Part shown: piece after piece, positions 23,059 through 34,187 of the stretch | How positions within the stretch are numbered: position 1 is the stretch's first letter | Layout: the number at the start of each line of letters is the position of its first letter | From: an uncultured Planctomycetaceae bacterium | GTDB lineage: Bacteria > Planctomycetota > Planctomycetia > Planctomycetales > Planctomycetaceae | Reading direction: 5' to 3' | DNA length: 64,000 nt | NCBI GenBank assembly: GCA_963976765.1 | Contig: CAXBME010000016.1 | Coordinates: 62,001 to 126,000 of the forward strand | Translations under genes and position numbers: made by a program | The notes under the pieces: generated by a model | Told to the model about the DNA's origin: nothing | Databases searched by the model: none | Seen by the model: the letters and a program-made list of their open reading frames with translations, nothing else

Positions 23059-24591
23059 ATGAACAGTTTCCGTTTTGTTGTCCGCTTAGTCTTGTGTCTC
23101 GACGGTTGTCGCCTGGCTGGTTCTGTTGTGGCAACGTTGTTGCTCGCCGCCATGATGACTCGCCCTGGCGAAGCCGCTCCGAACGTGCTGTTCATCGTTG
23201 CGGACGATCTCAACTGTGCCATCGGGCCGTACCGTGCCACTGAGTCGGACCATGGCGTGGCGGTGACTCCGAATCTGGATCGGCTGGCGACTCGGGGGCT
23301 GGTGTTTGATCGGGCTTACTGTCAGCAGGCGGTTTGCAATCCGTCGCGGTCTTCGTTTCTGACCGGACTGAGACCTGACACCGTCGGCGTGGACGACCTG
23401 CGGAAATCTTTTCGCGAGACGGCGCCCGACGGCAACACGCTCGTCACGCTGCCGCAGCATTTCAAGAATCACGGCTACTTCTGCCAGAACATTGGCAAGC
23501 TGTTTCACAACATGGGCGAGACTCAGGACCGCCGTTCGTGGTCGATCGACGAAGTCCTTTTCAAAGGGACTCACGCCGACGATACGGTTTTCGCAAACGC
23601 TCCGTGGAAAGGCGAAAAGCGACCCTACAAAGCGGAAGTGACCGAGGCTCACAATGTCCCCGACACGGCTTATCGGGACGGGCAGATTGCCAACCTGGCG
23701 GCGGCGATGCTGCGCGACCATGCGGGAAGCGAGCAGCCGTTCTTTCTGGCGGTTGGATTCTGGCGTCCTCACCTGCCGTTTGTGGCTCCGAAGAAATACT
23801 GGGACCTTTATCAGCCGGAAAAGATCCCGATGCCTGATCCGTCCGCCACTCCAGACAACGTGCCGGACATCGCGATGCACGAGTCTCGCGAGATCAAAGG
23901 CTACGGCCTGGCTCCGAAGGACCGCCCTTTTGCCGAAGACGAGATCCGACATTACCGCCACGGCTATTTCGCGTCGATCAGCTTCATGGATGCGCAGATT
24001 GGTGAGATTCTCGACGCGCTCGATGAAAGCGGCCAGGCCGACGACACGATCATCGTTTTCACCTCGGACCACGGGTTTCATATCGGCGAGCACTCGCTGT
24101 GGGGCAAGACATCGAACTTCGAACTCGACGCCCGAGTCCCGCTGATCGTCGCCTCGCCGCAGCATGAAGAGGGACACGGAAAACGCACGCAGTCGCTGGC
24201 AGAACTCGTCGACCTTTATCCGACGCTGGCTGAACTGGCGAAAATCGACAACGACCTTCCGAATACGCTGGAAGGTGCGAGCCTGGCAGCAGTCGTGGTG
24301 GACCCTGAAGTGTCGATCAAAGACGCCGCTTTCACCCAGCATCAGCAACCCTTCTACGGCAGTCGAGCGAACTGGAAGGCCTGGGGCTATTCCGCCCGAA
24401 CGGCCCGGTGGCGGTACACCGAGTGGCGATCGATCGCCGACGAGAGTGTGCTGGCCCGCGAACTTTACGACCACGAAAACGACGGACGGGAAACGAGCAA
24501 CCTGGCCGACTCGCCAGGCCACTCAGACGTTGTGAGACAACTTTCGTTGCGACTGGCGAAGCAGTTTCCACGAGGAAAAAGCGAACGATGA
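23059..24591 (+). CDS. sulfatase (iduronate-2-sulfatase-like)
   Basis: PNVLFIVADDL, CNPSRSSFLTG, PHLPF, TSDHG, WGK. Start position uncertain. Confidence 0.92.
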   Translation: MNSFRFVVRLVLCLDGCRLAGSVVATLLLAAMMTRPGEAAPNVLFIVADDLNCAIGPYRATESDHGVAVTPNLDRLATRGLVFDRAYCQQAVCNPSRSSFLTGLRPDTVGVDDLRKSFRETAPDGNTLVTLPQHFKNHGYFCQNIGKLFHNMGETQDRRSWSIDEVLFKGTHADDTVFANAPWKGEKRPYKAEVTEAHNVPDTAYRDGQIANLAAAMLRDHAGSEQPFFLAVGFWRPHLPFVAPKKYWDLYQPEKIPMPDPSATPDNVPDIAMHESREIKGYGLAPKDRPFAEDEIRHYRHGYFASISFMDAQIGEILDALDESGQADDTIIVFTSDHGFHIGEHSLWGKTSNFELDARVPLIVASPQHEEGHGKRTQSLAELVDLYPTLAELAKIDNDLPNTLEGASLAAVVVDPEVSIKDAAFTQHQQPFYGSRANWKAWGYSARTARWRYTEWRSIADESVLARELYDHENDGRETSNLADSPGHSDVVRQLSLRLAKQFPRGKSER

Positions 24592-26078
24592 AACTCCTGA
24601 GACGCTTATTGTGCGGCGCCGTGATGCCGGCGCTGCTGCTCGGAGTCACTTGCCGCACCGGGCGGAGTGCCAACGCCGAGCGACCAAACATCCTGTTTAT
24701 TCTGGCCGACGATCTCGGCTGGAGTGACCTCGGATGTTATGGCAATCGGATCTTCGAAACTCCAAACCTGGATCGTCTGGCCGGTTCGGGAATTCGATTT
24801 ACCCAGGCCTATGCGGCGGCTCCAATCTGCTCAGCATCGCGAGCGAGCCTGCTGACCGGGAAAACTCCGGCGCGGCTCGGTTTTGAATTCGTCACCAAAC
24901 CCGAGGCCGGTTATCAGCCAGTCGCGGCGCCGCTTCGAGCGCCTCGGTACACGCTGAATCTTCCCCTGGAGGAGATCACGATTGCCGAGGCGTTGGGCGC
25001 AGCGGGGTATCAGACGGCGTTCTTTGGCAAGTGGCATCTGAACCGCCATTACCAACGTTACCTTGGCTGGAGCCCGACGCACGGGCCAAAAGCTCAGGGC
25101 TTTGCCGTGGCTGAGGAAGACTTTGGGAGCCATCCCTACTCGTACTGGAGCGACAAGTCACAGCGGTCAGCGATCGAACTGCCTGCTGGCGAGTTTCCTG
25201 AAGATTCAATGACTCAGCGAGCCGTCCGTTTTCTGACGAGCAAACATGATCGACCATTCTTTCTGATGGTGTCGCACTTTTTCGTTCACACGCCAGTTCA
25301 TACTCGGATCGGCTGGCTGCGTGACCGGTATCTTGAAAAGCTGCCAATGGACCAGCCACGCCGGGAACAGCTGGCTCACTATGGGGCGATGGTGACAACG
25401 CTCGACCACTACGTGGGGCAGTTACTGGGGACTCTTGATTCGGCAGGCCTGACTGAGTCCACGCTCGTTGTCTTCACGTCGGATAACGGCGGACATCCCG
25501 AGTACGCCGGCAATGCTCCGCTGCGAGGTTCCAAATGGAATCTCTACGAGGGTGGAATTCGAGTTCCGTTCGTCGTTCGCCCGCCAGGGAAAGCAACGTC
25601 TGGATTGCGGCGCACGGGGCGAATCTGCGATGAAGTCGTTTCCGGGACGGACCTCTTTCCGACCTTTGCTGAAGTCGGCGAGGCTGCGTTTTCAGAAAAA
25701 ATCGACGGTCGTTCAATCAAACAACTCTTGAACGACTCGACAGAATCGCCGCCGCCGGTTGAGAAGGTCTGGCACTTCCCTTACTACCATCCGGAGACCG
25801 GTTACCGCAAAGCTCCCGGCAGGATCGGCGTGAATGATGGGTTCACCAGTAAAACGAAGCCTCATTCAGTGGTTCGTTCCGGGCCGTGGAAGCTGATTCA
25901 CTTTTACGAAGCGGACCATGACGAGCTGTACCATTTACCGAGCGATCCTGCCGAAGCGAATGATCGAAGTCGTCATGACGGCGGAGTTGCAAAGCGGCTG
26001 CGAACGTTGCTCGACTCAAAACTGGCCGAAGCGGGAGCCCGGATGCCCGTTGCAAATCCCGATTGGAAGCCGGAATAA
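24588..26078 (+). CDS. sulfatase
   Basis: ATG 24588 overlaps the upstream TGA (ATGA). PNILFILADDLG, CSASRASLLTG, GKWHL, YEGGIRVP. Confidence 0.92.
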   Translation: MKLLRRLLCGAVMPALLLGVTCRTGRSANAERPNILFILADDLGWSDLGCYGNRIFETPNLDRLAGSGIRFTQAYAAAPICSASRASLLTGKTPARLGFEFVTKPEAGYQPVAAPLRAPRYTLNLPLEEITIAEALGAAGYQTAFFGKWHLNRHYQRYLGWSPTHGPKAQGFAVAEEDFGSHPYSYWSDKSQRSAIELPAGEFPEDSMTQRAVRFLTSKHDRPFFLMVSHFFVHTPVHTRIGWLRDRYLEKLPMDQPRREQLAHYGAMVTTLDHYVGQLLGTLDSAGLTESTLVVFTSDNGGHPEYAGNAPLRGSKWNLYEGGIRVPFVVRPPGKATSGLRRTGRICDEVVSGTDLFPTFAEVGEAAFSEKIDGRSIKQLLNDSTESPPPVEKVWHFPYYHPETGYRKAPGRIGVNDGFTSKTKPHSVVRSGPWKLIHFYEADHDELYHLPSDPAEANDRSRHDGGVAKRLRTLLDSKLAEAGARMPVANPDWKPE

Positions 26079-26171
26079 CATCGTCGAAAGTCGTTGGCGG
26101 ATTCTGTAGCCTGTTGACCTGTCGCCGTGGCCAATTCCTGCCGAAGTGTTTTTTAGAAAGTCGATCGAAAC

Positions 26172-27044
26172 ATGCGTGCTTCTTACGCTCTTCGTTTGTG
26201 TCTTGTTGCTGGCTTCTTCGTCTTCGTGCCCAATGCCGGAGCGGCGTCACCAACCGTCAGGAAGGACATTGAGTTTGCAAACGTCGACGGGCACAGTCTC
26301 AAACTTGATCTTTATCTGCCGGCAGAGGTGAAGAGCGCTCCGCTGGTCGTGTGGATTCACGGAGGAGGCTGGCGAGGCGGAAGTAAGAATAATTGTCCGA
26401 TTTCCTGGCTCACCGACGACGGCTACGCCGTGGCGAGCATTTCTTACCGGCTGACGGATAAAGCCATTTTTCCGGCGCAGATTCACGACTGCAAAGGTGC
26501 GATTCGCTGGCTGAGAGCGAACGCCGAAAAGTTTGGTTACAGCACGACGAAAGTCGGAGTTTCCGGGAGCAGCGCCGGCGGGCACCTGGCAGCACTCGTG
26601 GGAACTTCCGGAGACGTTAAAGAACTGGAAGGCACGGTCGGGGGGAATCTCGATCAGTCATCACGGGTTGACGCGGTTATCGACTTTTATGGAGCAACCG
26701 ACTTCGTGCTGAGATCAAAGACGCAGCCTCACCGAGCGAACGAAAAAGGGTCCGTTGTATACCTGCTGCTCGGTGGCGGTGCCGATCAGAAAGTGGAACT
26801 CGCGAAGCAGGCGTCTGCCGCGTTTCACGTCACGAAAGACGATCCACCGTTCCTGGTTTTTCATGGATCAAGCGACAAAACCGTGTTGCTCGACCAGTCG
26901 CAGCGCATCAATGAGGTCTACACGAAGGCCGACCTGCCGATCACTCTGCACGTGTTGAAAGGTTCCGGGCACGGCGGCAAAGAATTTTACGAAGGTGAAC
27001 GACGCGGCCTTATTCGAGAGTTTCTGGCAAAGCATCTGAAATAA
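26172..27044 (+). CDS. alpha/beta hydrolase (BD-FAE/HSL-like carbohydrate esterase)
   Basis: HGGGW oxyanion motif, GSSAGG, HGSSD, GSGH. Confidence 0.9.
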   Translation: MRASYALRLCLVAGFFVFVPNAGAASPTVRKDIEFANVDGHSLKLDLYLPAEVKSAPLVVWIHGGGWRGGSKNNCPISWLTDDGYAVASISYRLTDKAIFPAQIHDCKGAIRWLRANAEKFGYSTTKVGVSGSSAGGHLAALVGTSGDVKELEGTVGGNLDQSSRVDAVIDFYGATDFVLRSKTQPHRANEKGSVVYLLLGGGADQKVELAKQASAAFHVTKDDPPFLVFHGSSDKTVLLDQSQRINEVYTKADLPITLHVLKGSGHGGKEFYEGERRGLIREFLAKHLK

Positions 27045-27113
27045 CAGTTTCAGAGATTCTGCCGAACTCATCAGAGTTCGGAATCACAGCCCGGATGCAG
27101 GATTGATTTTGTC

Positions 27114-29105
27114 ATGGCAAATTTTCGATACACAGCAGCAATGATTTTTGCGTTTGTGGCAGGCTTCCTGGTCAACCTGGAAGTTCTTGCAGAGCCGATG
27201 AGCCTTCCGGCGGAGCGACAGGAGATTGTCCTGGTGCAGGACGGCAGGCCGGTTCACAACCTGATCTGCCTGCCGAACGACGAAGCTGATCCAGCGGCAG
27301 TGCTGGCTCTGAAGGAGTATCGCTCGCTCGTTAAGAAAGCGACGGGCGTTGAACCAGCAAGAATTGAGAAGCCAGTTGTAGGGACGCCAACGATTTTTTT
27401 CGGTCGGAATCCGTGGTCGATCAAAGCAGGAATCACGACGGATGACCTGCCGTCGGAAGGCTTTCGAATTCGATCGATTGGGCAGGACATCCATATTGTC
27501 GGACGAGACACGCCCAAGGTCGGTGCTCATCAGGTGGCTGCTCGAACCGGCATGGAGCCAGGCACGCTTTTCGGGACGTACGAATTTCTCGAACGCTACT
27601 ACGGGATGCTGTTCGCCTGGCACGACGACCTGGGCACGATCACTCCGCCAAAAAAGGAACTGACGATCCGGTCAATGCACCTTGTGGACGGGCCGGATTG
27701 TTCGTATCGGCAGTTCACGAAGTCGCCCGAGGGGCAGGCAAACGAAGTTTTTGGTCGAAGGTTGCGGCTGGGACACCCGCTGGAAGTTCGGCACGAGCAC
27801 AACTGGCATCGCATCATGTCGCCGGATGTTTACGGAAAAGAGCATCCCGAATGGTTCGCCGAGATCAACGGTCAGCGATACGCGAAGCACTACTCGGAAA
27901 AACGCGGCGGACAGGTCTGCACGAGCAATCCTCAGGTCGTTGACCATTTCGCGAAGGCGGCGATCGCTCATTTCGACAAGTACCCGACAGCGGACATGTT
28001 CTCGATCGCCGCCAACGATGGCCGCAAATTCTGCACGTGTCGCGAATGTGAAGCTCTCGACAGCGGTCGCGTCCGTCCTGATGGACGGCGAGTTCTGACG
28101 GATCGGTTTATCACGTTCAGCAATCAGGTCGCCGAGCGAGTGGCGAAGGTTCATCCTGATAAGCGACTCGGAGTGATCATTTACCTCGACTACAAATACG
28201 CGCCGCAGAACGTGAAACCTCACCCGATGCTTTTTCTCGTCCACCCGACCAATAGCGGTTTCTCGCAGGGAGCGTACTACGAAGGCGATGAATGGTCCGA
28301 AGCGGCGATGGAACGCGGTTGGCACAAAGCGGCCGGAACGTTCTACAAGTACGACATCTGGCATTACGACCAGACGCCGCTCTACATGATCGCTCCGGTC
28401 ACGAAGCATTTGATTGAAAAATGTCGAGCGCAGAAGAACCATGGCGTCGACGGCGGATACCACTACATCGCGCGTTCGTACGAACTGCTCGGTGCGGGGC
28501 ATTATCTACTCGGCAGGATGCTCTGGGACAACGATTTTGACGCCGAAGCCGCCGAAAAAAACTACTACCGCGCGCTCTACGGCGTCGCGGCTGACGATGT
28601 GAAGGCGTACTACGACCTGCTGGAAACGGCGCTGGTTAAAGTCTTCAAAGAAGGACCCGGCAAAGCGAAAGAAGAAGCGATGATCGCTTCGTTTTTTGAT
28701 CGCTATCCGGGAGCGAACAATCCGGGAATCTACCTGGCCGCCTACTGGCCAATCCTTGGTCAGATGAAAGAAACGATCGACCGTGCCTACAGCAGAAAGC
28801 GAGCGTTGTTGCCCGACGAAAACGAGCGACTTGTCCGACTGATCGACCATCACAACTACACGATGCACACTGTCAGCACGATGGTCCTCGCAGGACGCGG
28901 ATTGACCAGTTCGGCAACGATTCAGGATCGCAAAGGTTTCGAAATATCAAAGTCCAAACGTAACGCCGCGATTGAGAAAATCTCGAAGTACCAACCGTAC
29001 TACGCAAAGTTGATTTCCGAGATGGATCAGTCCAGCCACACCGGCGTCATCTACGGAAAGAAGCCGACGATCGAAGTACGGGCACCGTCTGACTTCAACG
29101 AGTGA
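27114..29105 (+). CDS. DUF4838 domain protein (glycoside hydrolase-like)
   Basis: GH20/GH67-like N-domain (EGFRI, GTLFGTYEFLE), HPEWFAEING, CTSNP, NDG..CTCREC. Confidence 0.8.
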   Translation: MANFRYTAAMIFAFVAGFLVNLEVLAEPMSLPAERQEIVLVQDGRPVHNLICLPNDEADPAAVLALKEYRSLVKKATGVEPARIEKPVVGTPTIFFGRNPWSIKAGITTDDLPSEGFRIRSIGQDIHIVGRDTPKVGAHQVAARTGMEPGTLFGTYEFLERYYGMLFAWHDDLGTITPPKKELTIRSMHLVDGPDCSYRQFTKSPEGQANEVFGRRLRLGHPLEVRHEHNWHRIMSPDVYGKEHPEWFAEINGQRYAKHYSEKRGGQVCTSNPQVVDHFAKAAIAHFDKYPTADMFSIAANDGRKFCTCRECEALDSGRVRPDGRRVLTDRFITFSNQVAERVAKVHPDKRLGVIIYLDYKYAPQNVKPHPMLFLVHPTNSGFSQGAYYEGDEWSEAAMERGWHKAAGTFYKYDIWHYDQTPLYMIAPVTKHLIEKCRAQKNHGVDGGYHYIARSYELLGAGHYLLGRMLWDNDFDAEAAEKNYYRALYGVAADDVKAYYDLLETALVKVFKEGPGKAKEEAMIASFFDRYPGANNPGIYLAAYWPILGQMKETIDRAYSRKRALLPDENERLVRLIDHHNYTMHTVSTMVLAGRGLTSSATIQDRKGFEISKSKRNAAIEKISKYQPYYAKLISEMDQSSHTGVIYGKKPTIEVRAPSDFNE

Positions 29106-29139
29106 ATTCTCATCGTCATGGAACGTGGGGCAGGCTGAC

Positions 29140-30615
29140 TCACTCCGTCCGCAACGGTCGATAGTCGGGGTGATCTTCCGGAGCGTGCAGGCGTCGGGCC
29201 TTGGAGCGGCCACCTTTCCAGATGTCGTACTCGGCGGTTGCGTACTTGTCGAACCATTCGTCGAGTTGCCTGGCAAGTTCCGTTTGAATTGCGGCGTGTT
29301 CCGGCTGGCCGAACAGATTGAATCTTTCGTGAGGGTCGGCGGCCATGTCGTAGAGTTCGCCCGGCCCTACCGGCGACCGACGCGCGACGTACTTCCAGTT
29401 TTCAGTCCGGACAGATCGAGTTCCCTCCATCTCGTAGTACATCGCCGTCTCCCAGTCGATCGTTTCACCACGTAGCAGTGGTGCGTAGCTTCGCCCGGAC
29501 AGTTTCTGATTCGGTTTGTTCGGGATGCGATGCTTCAGCCCGACGTGTTCGAGAATGCTCGGCAGGAAATCGGTATTGCTGACCATGATGTCGGTCTTGC
29601 CGGGGGCGATTGTTTTCGGATGGCTGACGATCATCGGCACCTGCATCATCAGGTCGTGAGCGCCGAAGGGCCGAGTGTGATCGCCCATGCCGAAGAAGCC
29701 ATTCTGGCCGCCCATCCAGCCCTGGTCACCGGCGAAAATAACAACCGTATTTTCGTCAAGGCCGTGCTGCATCAGAGTGTCCATCACTGTGCCGACGCCA
29801 TCGTCAACGCCGCTGACTTCCGCTGCCACTCGCCGCATGCTGACGATGTTGTTGTGGTAGGCCTTATTGTTGTACTGCCAGGGGTGGATTGTGTCGCGAG
29901 GAAACGATTCCAGCATTTTGTCGGCGTAGTACTCGGCGTGCCGATTCTTTGCTGGCCTCAGCAGCAGATTGCCCAGGCAGTACGGCCCGTTATAAGCGAG
30001 GTACAGGAAGAACGGTTTCTCGCCATCCTTGTTCTGCTCGATAAAGTTGACAGCGTGGTCGGTCCAAAGATCAGTCATGTATTTCGGAGATGGGACGACC
30101 TTTCCATCGAGGATGACCGGGTCGGTGTAGAGGCTCGACGTTCCGCCCCGAACCATGGTTGCCCAGTACGAAAACCCGTCCTGCGGATTCATATTCGCGC
30201 CGAGGTGCCACTTGCCGCTCAGGCCGCAGACGTAGCCTTCCGAATGCAGAATCTCCGGCAGCGTCTCGAACTCATCCAGCGAGTAGTACGCTTCGGGGCC
30301 CATCATGAATTTGTTATCGAGGAAGGAGTGGACTCCATGCTGAGACGGCATCAGCCCGGTCAGGAACGTCGCTCTCGTCGGCGAGCAGACCGGATTGCTG
30401 CTCATCGCCCGTTTGAAAAGCATCCCGCCCGCGGCAAGCCGGTCAATGTTTGGCGTCAGGATGTCTTTGTTGCCGTAGCACCCCAGCGTCCACGCGCCGT
30501 GATTGTCGGTCAGGATGAAGACGACGTTTGGCTTCTTCGCCGCAGCAGCATCGGTCTGCGTGGCGGTGAGCAGCAAAAGGAACAGAATTCCGAGAACTGT
30601 ACGTCGAGCGGGCAT
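29140..30615 (-). CDS. sulfatase
   Basis: PNVVFILTDNH, CSPTRATFLTG, GKWHLG, GDQG, ELYD. Confidence 0.92.
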   Translation of the reverse strand: MPARRTVLGILFLLLLTATQTDAAAAKKPNVVFILTDNHGAWTLGCYGNKDILTPNIDRLAAGGMLFKRAMSSNPVCSPTRATFLTGLMPSQHGVHSFLDNKFMMGPEAYYSLDEFETLPEILHSEGYVCGLSGKWHLGANMNPQDGFSYWATMVRGGTSSLYTDPVILDGKVVPSPKYMTDLWTDHAVNFIEQNKDGEKPFFLYLAYNGPYCLGNLLLRPAKNRHAEYYADKMLESFPRDTIHPWQYNNKAYHNNIVSMRRVAAEVSGVDDGVGTVMDTLMQHGLDENTVVIFAGDQGWMGGQNGFFGMGDHTRPFGAHDLMMQVPMIVSHPKTIAPGKTDIMVSNTDFLPSILEHVGLKHRIPNKPNQKLSGRSYAPLLRGETIDWETAMYYEMEGTRSVRTENWKYVARRSPVGPGELYDMAADPHERFNLFGQPEHAAIQTELARQLDEWFDKYATAEYDIWKGGRSKARRLHAPEDHPDYRPLRTE

Positions 30616-30941
30616 GTTGAACTCCGATGGTCATTCTCAAGCCGAATACTTGAGCGATCCTGGAAATCGTACCGGACGATTCGGCCCCCTCATACCGGCT
30701 GAGACTTCTGACGCTCCGTTCGAGTCAGTCCCGACTGACCATACGAAAGTGACTCCGGCTGTCCCGTCACGAGAAATTCGGGCCACGGATAAGCACAGAT
30801 TTTCATCTTTAGCGATTGCAGTGCTTTCCTGCGGCCAAACATCCGGCTGGTTTCCCGCCTGCGAGGGAACTCGTCTCGGGAAAATTCCGCTGGCCAACTA
30901 GACTCCCCACTGGCTGCCGTCTGCTGGATCGGAGTTCAAGG

Positions 30942-33900
30942 ATGAAACGAACCTGTTTAACTGTGTCGCTGTGCGTCATCGCTGCCGTATTCTCTGGGGC
31001 GGCGAGTGCTCAGGATGATCAGTTCGCGCTCAAGCCGCAGCCAGAGATTCACCCGTGGAAGGACGACGCCGCTCTGCACTCGGTCGAGGTGCTCGGCACA
31101 AAAGTCGCCTGGGCCGTCGGTGATCACGGTACGGTCTGGCGGACTTCGGACGGCGGCGAATCGTGGAGCCTGCTGCAGGTTCCTGCCGATGTCTCGCTGC
31201 GAAGCGCGTGTTTCCTGTCAAAACGCGTTGGCGACGGCCACGTCGGGACAAGTCAGATTGCCTGGCTGGCTGGCCGAGGAACTCGTCCTTACACCCGCTC
31301 CGGCTACGGAGTAATTCTCAAAACTGCCGACGGTGGCAAGTCATGGGTGACGCCTGGCGAAGGTCAGATTCTGCCGCCACTGAATTATGTTCGGTTCTTT
31401 GGACCGAATGACGGCGTGGCGGTGGGTGAGGCGACACCCGATTTTCCAACCGGAGTGCTGACTACTCAGGACGGTGGCGAAACCTGGCAGCCAGCTCCTG
31501 GTCAGCAAACCGCCGGCTGGCACGCGGCGTCGTTCGCCGAACTGCATGACGGAATCGTGACCGGCCCGCGCGGTCGGATTTCGCTGGTCGCCGGAACGAA
31601 CGTCGCGCCGCCTCGGCTGGACGCGGGAAGCCTGCGAGGAATCCGCGCCGTCTCGTCCGCTGATGGCCTGACCGCATGGGCGGTCGGTGACGGAGCAACG
31701 GTGCTGTCGTCATCGAACGGCGGAGTTTCCTGGGAAGCATTGAACGCTTCGTTCCCGCCAGAACTTTCGCGGTTCGTCGACTTCGCCGCCGTGTCCGCGG
31801 TGAATGACAAAGTCTGGGTGACGGGAAATCCGGGCGGCTGCGTGTGGCACTCACCGGACGCCGGGGCAAGCTGGACTCGCCAGGCGACGGGACACTCGGC
31901 ACCGATCCACTCGTTGAACTTCACGAACGAAGAAGTCGGATTCGCTGTCGGCGCGTTCGGCACAATTCTTCGCACAACCGACGGCGGAAGTTCCTGGCAC
32001 GTCTGCCGAGCGGGGCGTCGCCGTACGGCCATCCTGAATATCCACACTCGTCCAGAAAGAATTCCGTTCGGGATGCTGGCCAAACAGGGAGGTGACGAAG
32101 GCTTCCGGACGGTGGCGATCGTCGTGCCTAGACGCGACACCACTGCGGAAACGGACCTCAGCCTGGAACGACAGATGCACGATGCCGTGACGACGGTCGG
32201 AGGATCGAGTGCGGGACTCGGCTGGCGATTGCCGATCGCCCTGCCGGAAGTCGACACGAGCGTCGATCTGCTGACAGCGGAATGGCAGAAGCACACGGAA
32301 GGCAAGCTGGTTGAAGTCGTTGTTTCAAATCTTGTGGCGGCGATCCGATGCTGGCGACCGAGCGTCGTCGTTGTCGAAGAACCGGGCAATGACGATGCCA
32401 CCGCGAGGCTGATTCTCGACGCTGTCAAGCGAGCTGTCGCCGAAGCCGCCGACTCAACGAGCTTCATCGAACATCAGGAGTTTGCCCGTCTGGACGCCTG
32501 GAAAGTGGAGCGAGTGTTCGCTCGCGCGTCACCGAAAACACGAGCGGGCATGACGATCGATCCGTATGACGTGCTGCCTCGCCTGGGCACAACCGTCGAA
32601 GCAGCAGCGTCAGCCGGGCGAGCAAAACTGATGACAGCGATTGAGCACGCGCCGCAGCCCGAACCGTTCGTGCTGATCGAGACGGACGGAAGTCGGTTCG
32701 AACTGGTGTCGCATCGTGACTTCTGGTCGGGAATTTCTTTGTCGCCGAACTCTGACGCGCGGCGGCCTCAGCTTCCCATCATTGAAGGGCAGCTTGAGCA
32801 ACAAAAGGAACTGGCGATCCGACAGCGCAACTTCCGCGGCATCTCTGAAAAGTACGTCGACGACGTTCAAAAGGCCTCGCAGCTGGTGGCCGAATTACGG
32901 AATGTCGTGCGAGGCATGCCGGCTCGTCAGGCGGCCTTGCAGATCGCTCACCTGGCCAGTGACTACCGCCGCCGGTCGCAATGGGATCTTGCTGAAGCGA
33001 CGTTCATCGAACTCATCGATCGATACCCGAACGAACCCGTCGCCGCCGAAGCCATGCTGTGGCTGCTCCACCTGTGGAGCAGCAGCGAAATGGCCTGGCA
33101 CCGCAGTCGTGACGTGCAGATGACGGCGAACGTTCAGCAGACAAGCCGTTTCATGATCAATGGTCGAATTCAGAAACTGCTCGATGCCGCGAGGAAAGAG
33201 CAGAACGATCCACTGAAAACAGCACGAGCGCTGAATGCCGATCCGTTGTCGGATCTGGAAGTGGTTCAGCAGACGCCATCGCAGGATGCTCAGAACTGGC
33301 AGTCAGAAACGCATTCGTACTGGCGGAAGCAGGCGATTCAGATGGGACAGGTTATCCGGCAACGACTGCCGGAAGTCTATCCGGCACCTGCTGTTACCTG
33401 GCCGCTGGCATCGGTCTTGCGCCGCGAGGGGCACGCTCGGATCTCCGAGAATCTTTACCGCAAACATGTCAGCGCTGATCCGAACGACCCAGTCGGTCTG
33501 AGAGCGTCAGCTGAACTCTGGGTGACTCAACCGGTCGACGCGATGCCGACGCAACTTGGGTACTGCACCTGGGCCACGGTCCGACCGCACCTCGACGGAG
33601 TCCTCGGCGACGAATGCTGGGTTGAAGCCCGCGAGATTCTGCTCTCTCCTGGCAATACCTCGTCGCAGCAACCAGCGACTGATCCGATCATCGTAAACAA
33701 AGCCGCTTACCCATCGGTCATGCTGTCTCACGATGACCAGTTCCTCTACATCGCCGCCACGCTGCCACGACAATTGAGCCGCCAGCAAGTCCGAAGTGGA
33801 GAGGTGGCACCGGTCCACTTCGAAGGTCGCACACACGATGCCGATCTCTCGGGCTTCGACCGTCTGAAAATCTCCCTCGACACCGACCGCGACTACTCGA

Positions 33901-34187
33901 CCGCCTATGAAATCGAAATCGACGAACGCGGCCAGGTCCGGGAGTCCTGCTGGGAAGACTCCACCTGGAACCCGGAGATGTGGGTCCACGTCGACTCAGA
34001 ACCAAGCCGCTGGCGCATCGAAATGGCCATTCCTTTCAGCGAACTCGGCCCGCAGGCTCCGCAACGCCAAACTGCCTGGGCCGTCGCCGTGACTCGAACC
34101 ATCCCCGGCGTCGAATGGCAGACCTGGCCAAGTCGGTCCAGAAGCCAGGGGCCTGATGCAGATGCGGGACTAATTCAATTTCGTTGA
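30942..34187 (+). CDS. YCF48-like/BNR beta-propeller protein with C-terminal CBM9-like domain
   Basis: Multiple T.DGG.SW repeats, WAVGDHG, LDGVLGDECW...RIEMAIPF. ATG 30942 with GGAG upstream gives a signal peptide. Confidence 0.8.
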   Translation: MKRTCLTVSLCVIAAVFSGAASAQDDQFALKPQPEIHPWKDDAALHSVEVLGTKVAWAVGDHGTVWRTSDGGESWSLLQVPADVSLRSACFLSKRVGDGHVGTSQIAWLAGRGTRPYTRSGYGVILKTADGGKSWVTPGEGQILPPLNYVRFFGPNDGVAVGEATPDFPTGVLTTQDGGETWQPAPGQQTAGWHAASFAELHDGIVTGPRGRISLVAGTNVAPPRLDAGSLRGIRAVSSADGLTAWAVGDGATVLSSSNGGVSWEALNASFPPELSRFVDFAAVSAVNDKVWVTGNPGGCVWHSPDAGASWTRQATGHSAPIHSLNFTNEEVGFAVGAFGTILRTTDGGSSWHVCRAGRRRTAILNIHTRPERIPFGMLAKQGGDEGFRTVAIVVPRRDTTAETDLSLERQMHDAVTTVGGSSAGLGWRLPIALPEVDTSVDLLTAEWQKHTEGKLVEVVVSNLVAAIRCWRPSVVVVEEPGNDDATARLILDAVKRAVAEAADSTSFIEHQEFARLDAWKVERVFARASPKTRAGMTIDPYDVLPRLGTTVEAAASAGRAKLMTAIEHAPQPEPFVLIETDGSRFELVSHRDFWSGISLSPNSDARRPQLPIIEGQLEQQKELAIRQRNFRGISEKYVDDVQKASQLVAELRNVVRGMPARQAALQIAHLASDYRRRSQWDLAEATFIELIDRYPNEPVAAEAMLWLLHLWSSSEMAWHRSRDVQMTANVQQTSRFMINGRIQKLLDAARKEQNDPLKTARALNADPLSDLEVVQQTPSQDAQNWQSETHSYWRKQAIQMGQVIRQRLPEVYPAPAVTWPLASVLRREGHARISENLYRKHVSADPNDPVGLRASAELWVTQPVDAMPTQLGYCTWATVRPHLDGVLGDECWVEAREILLSPGNTSSQQPATDPIIVNKAAYPSVMLSHDDQFLYIAATLPRQLSRQQVRSGEVAPVHFEGRTHDADLSGFDRLKISLDTDRDYSTAYEIEIDERGQVRESCWEDSTWNPEMWVHVDSEPSRWRIEMAIPFSELGPQAPQRQTAWAVAVTRTIPGVEWQTWPSRSRSQGPDADAGLIQFR

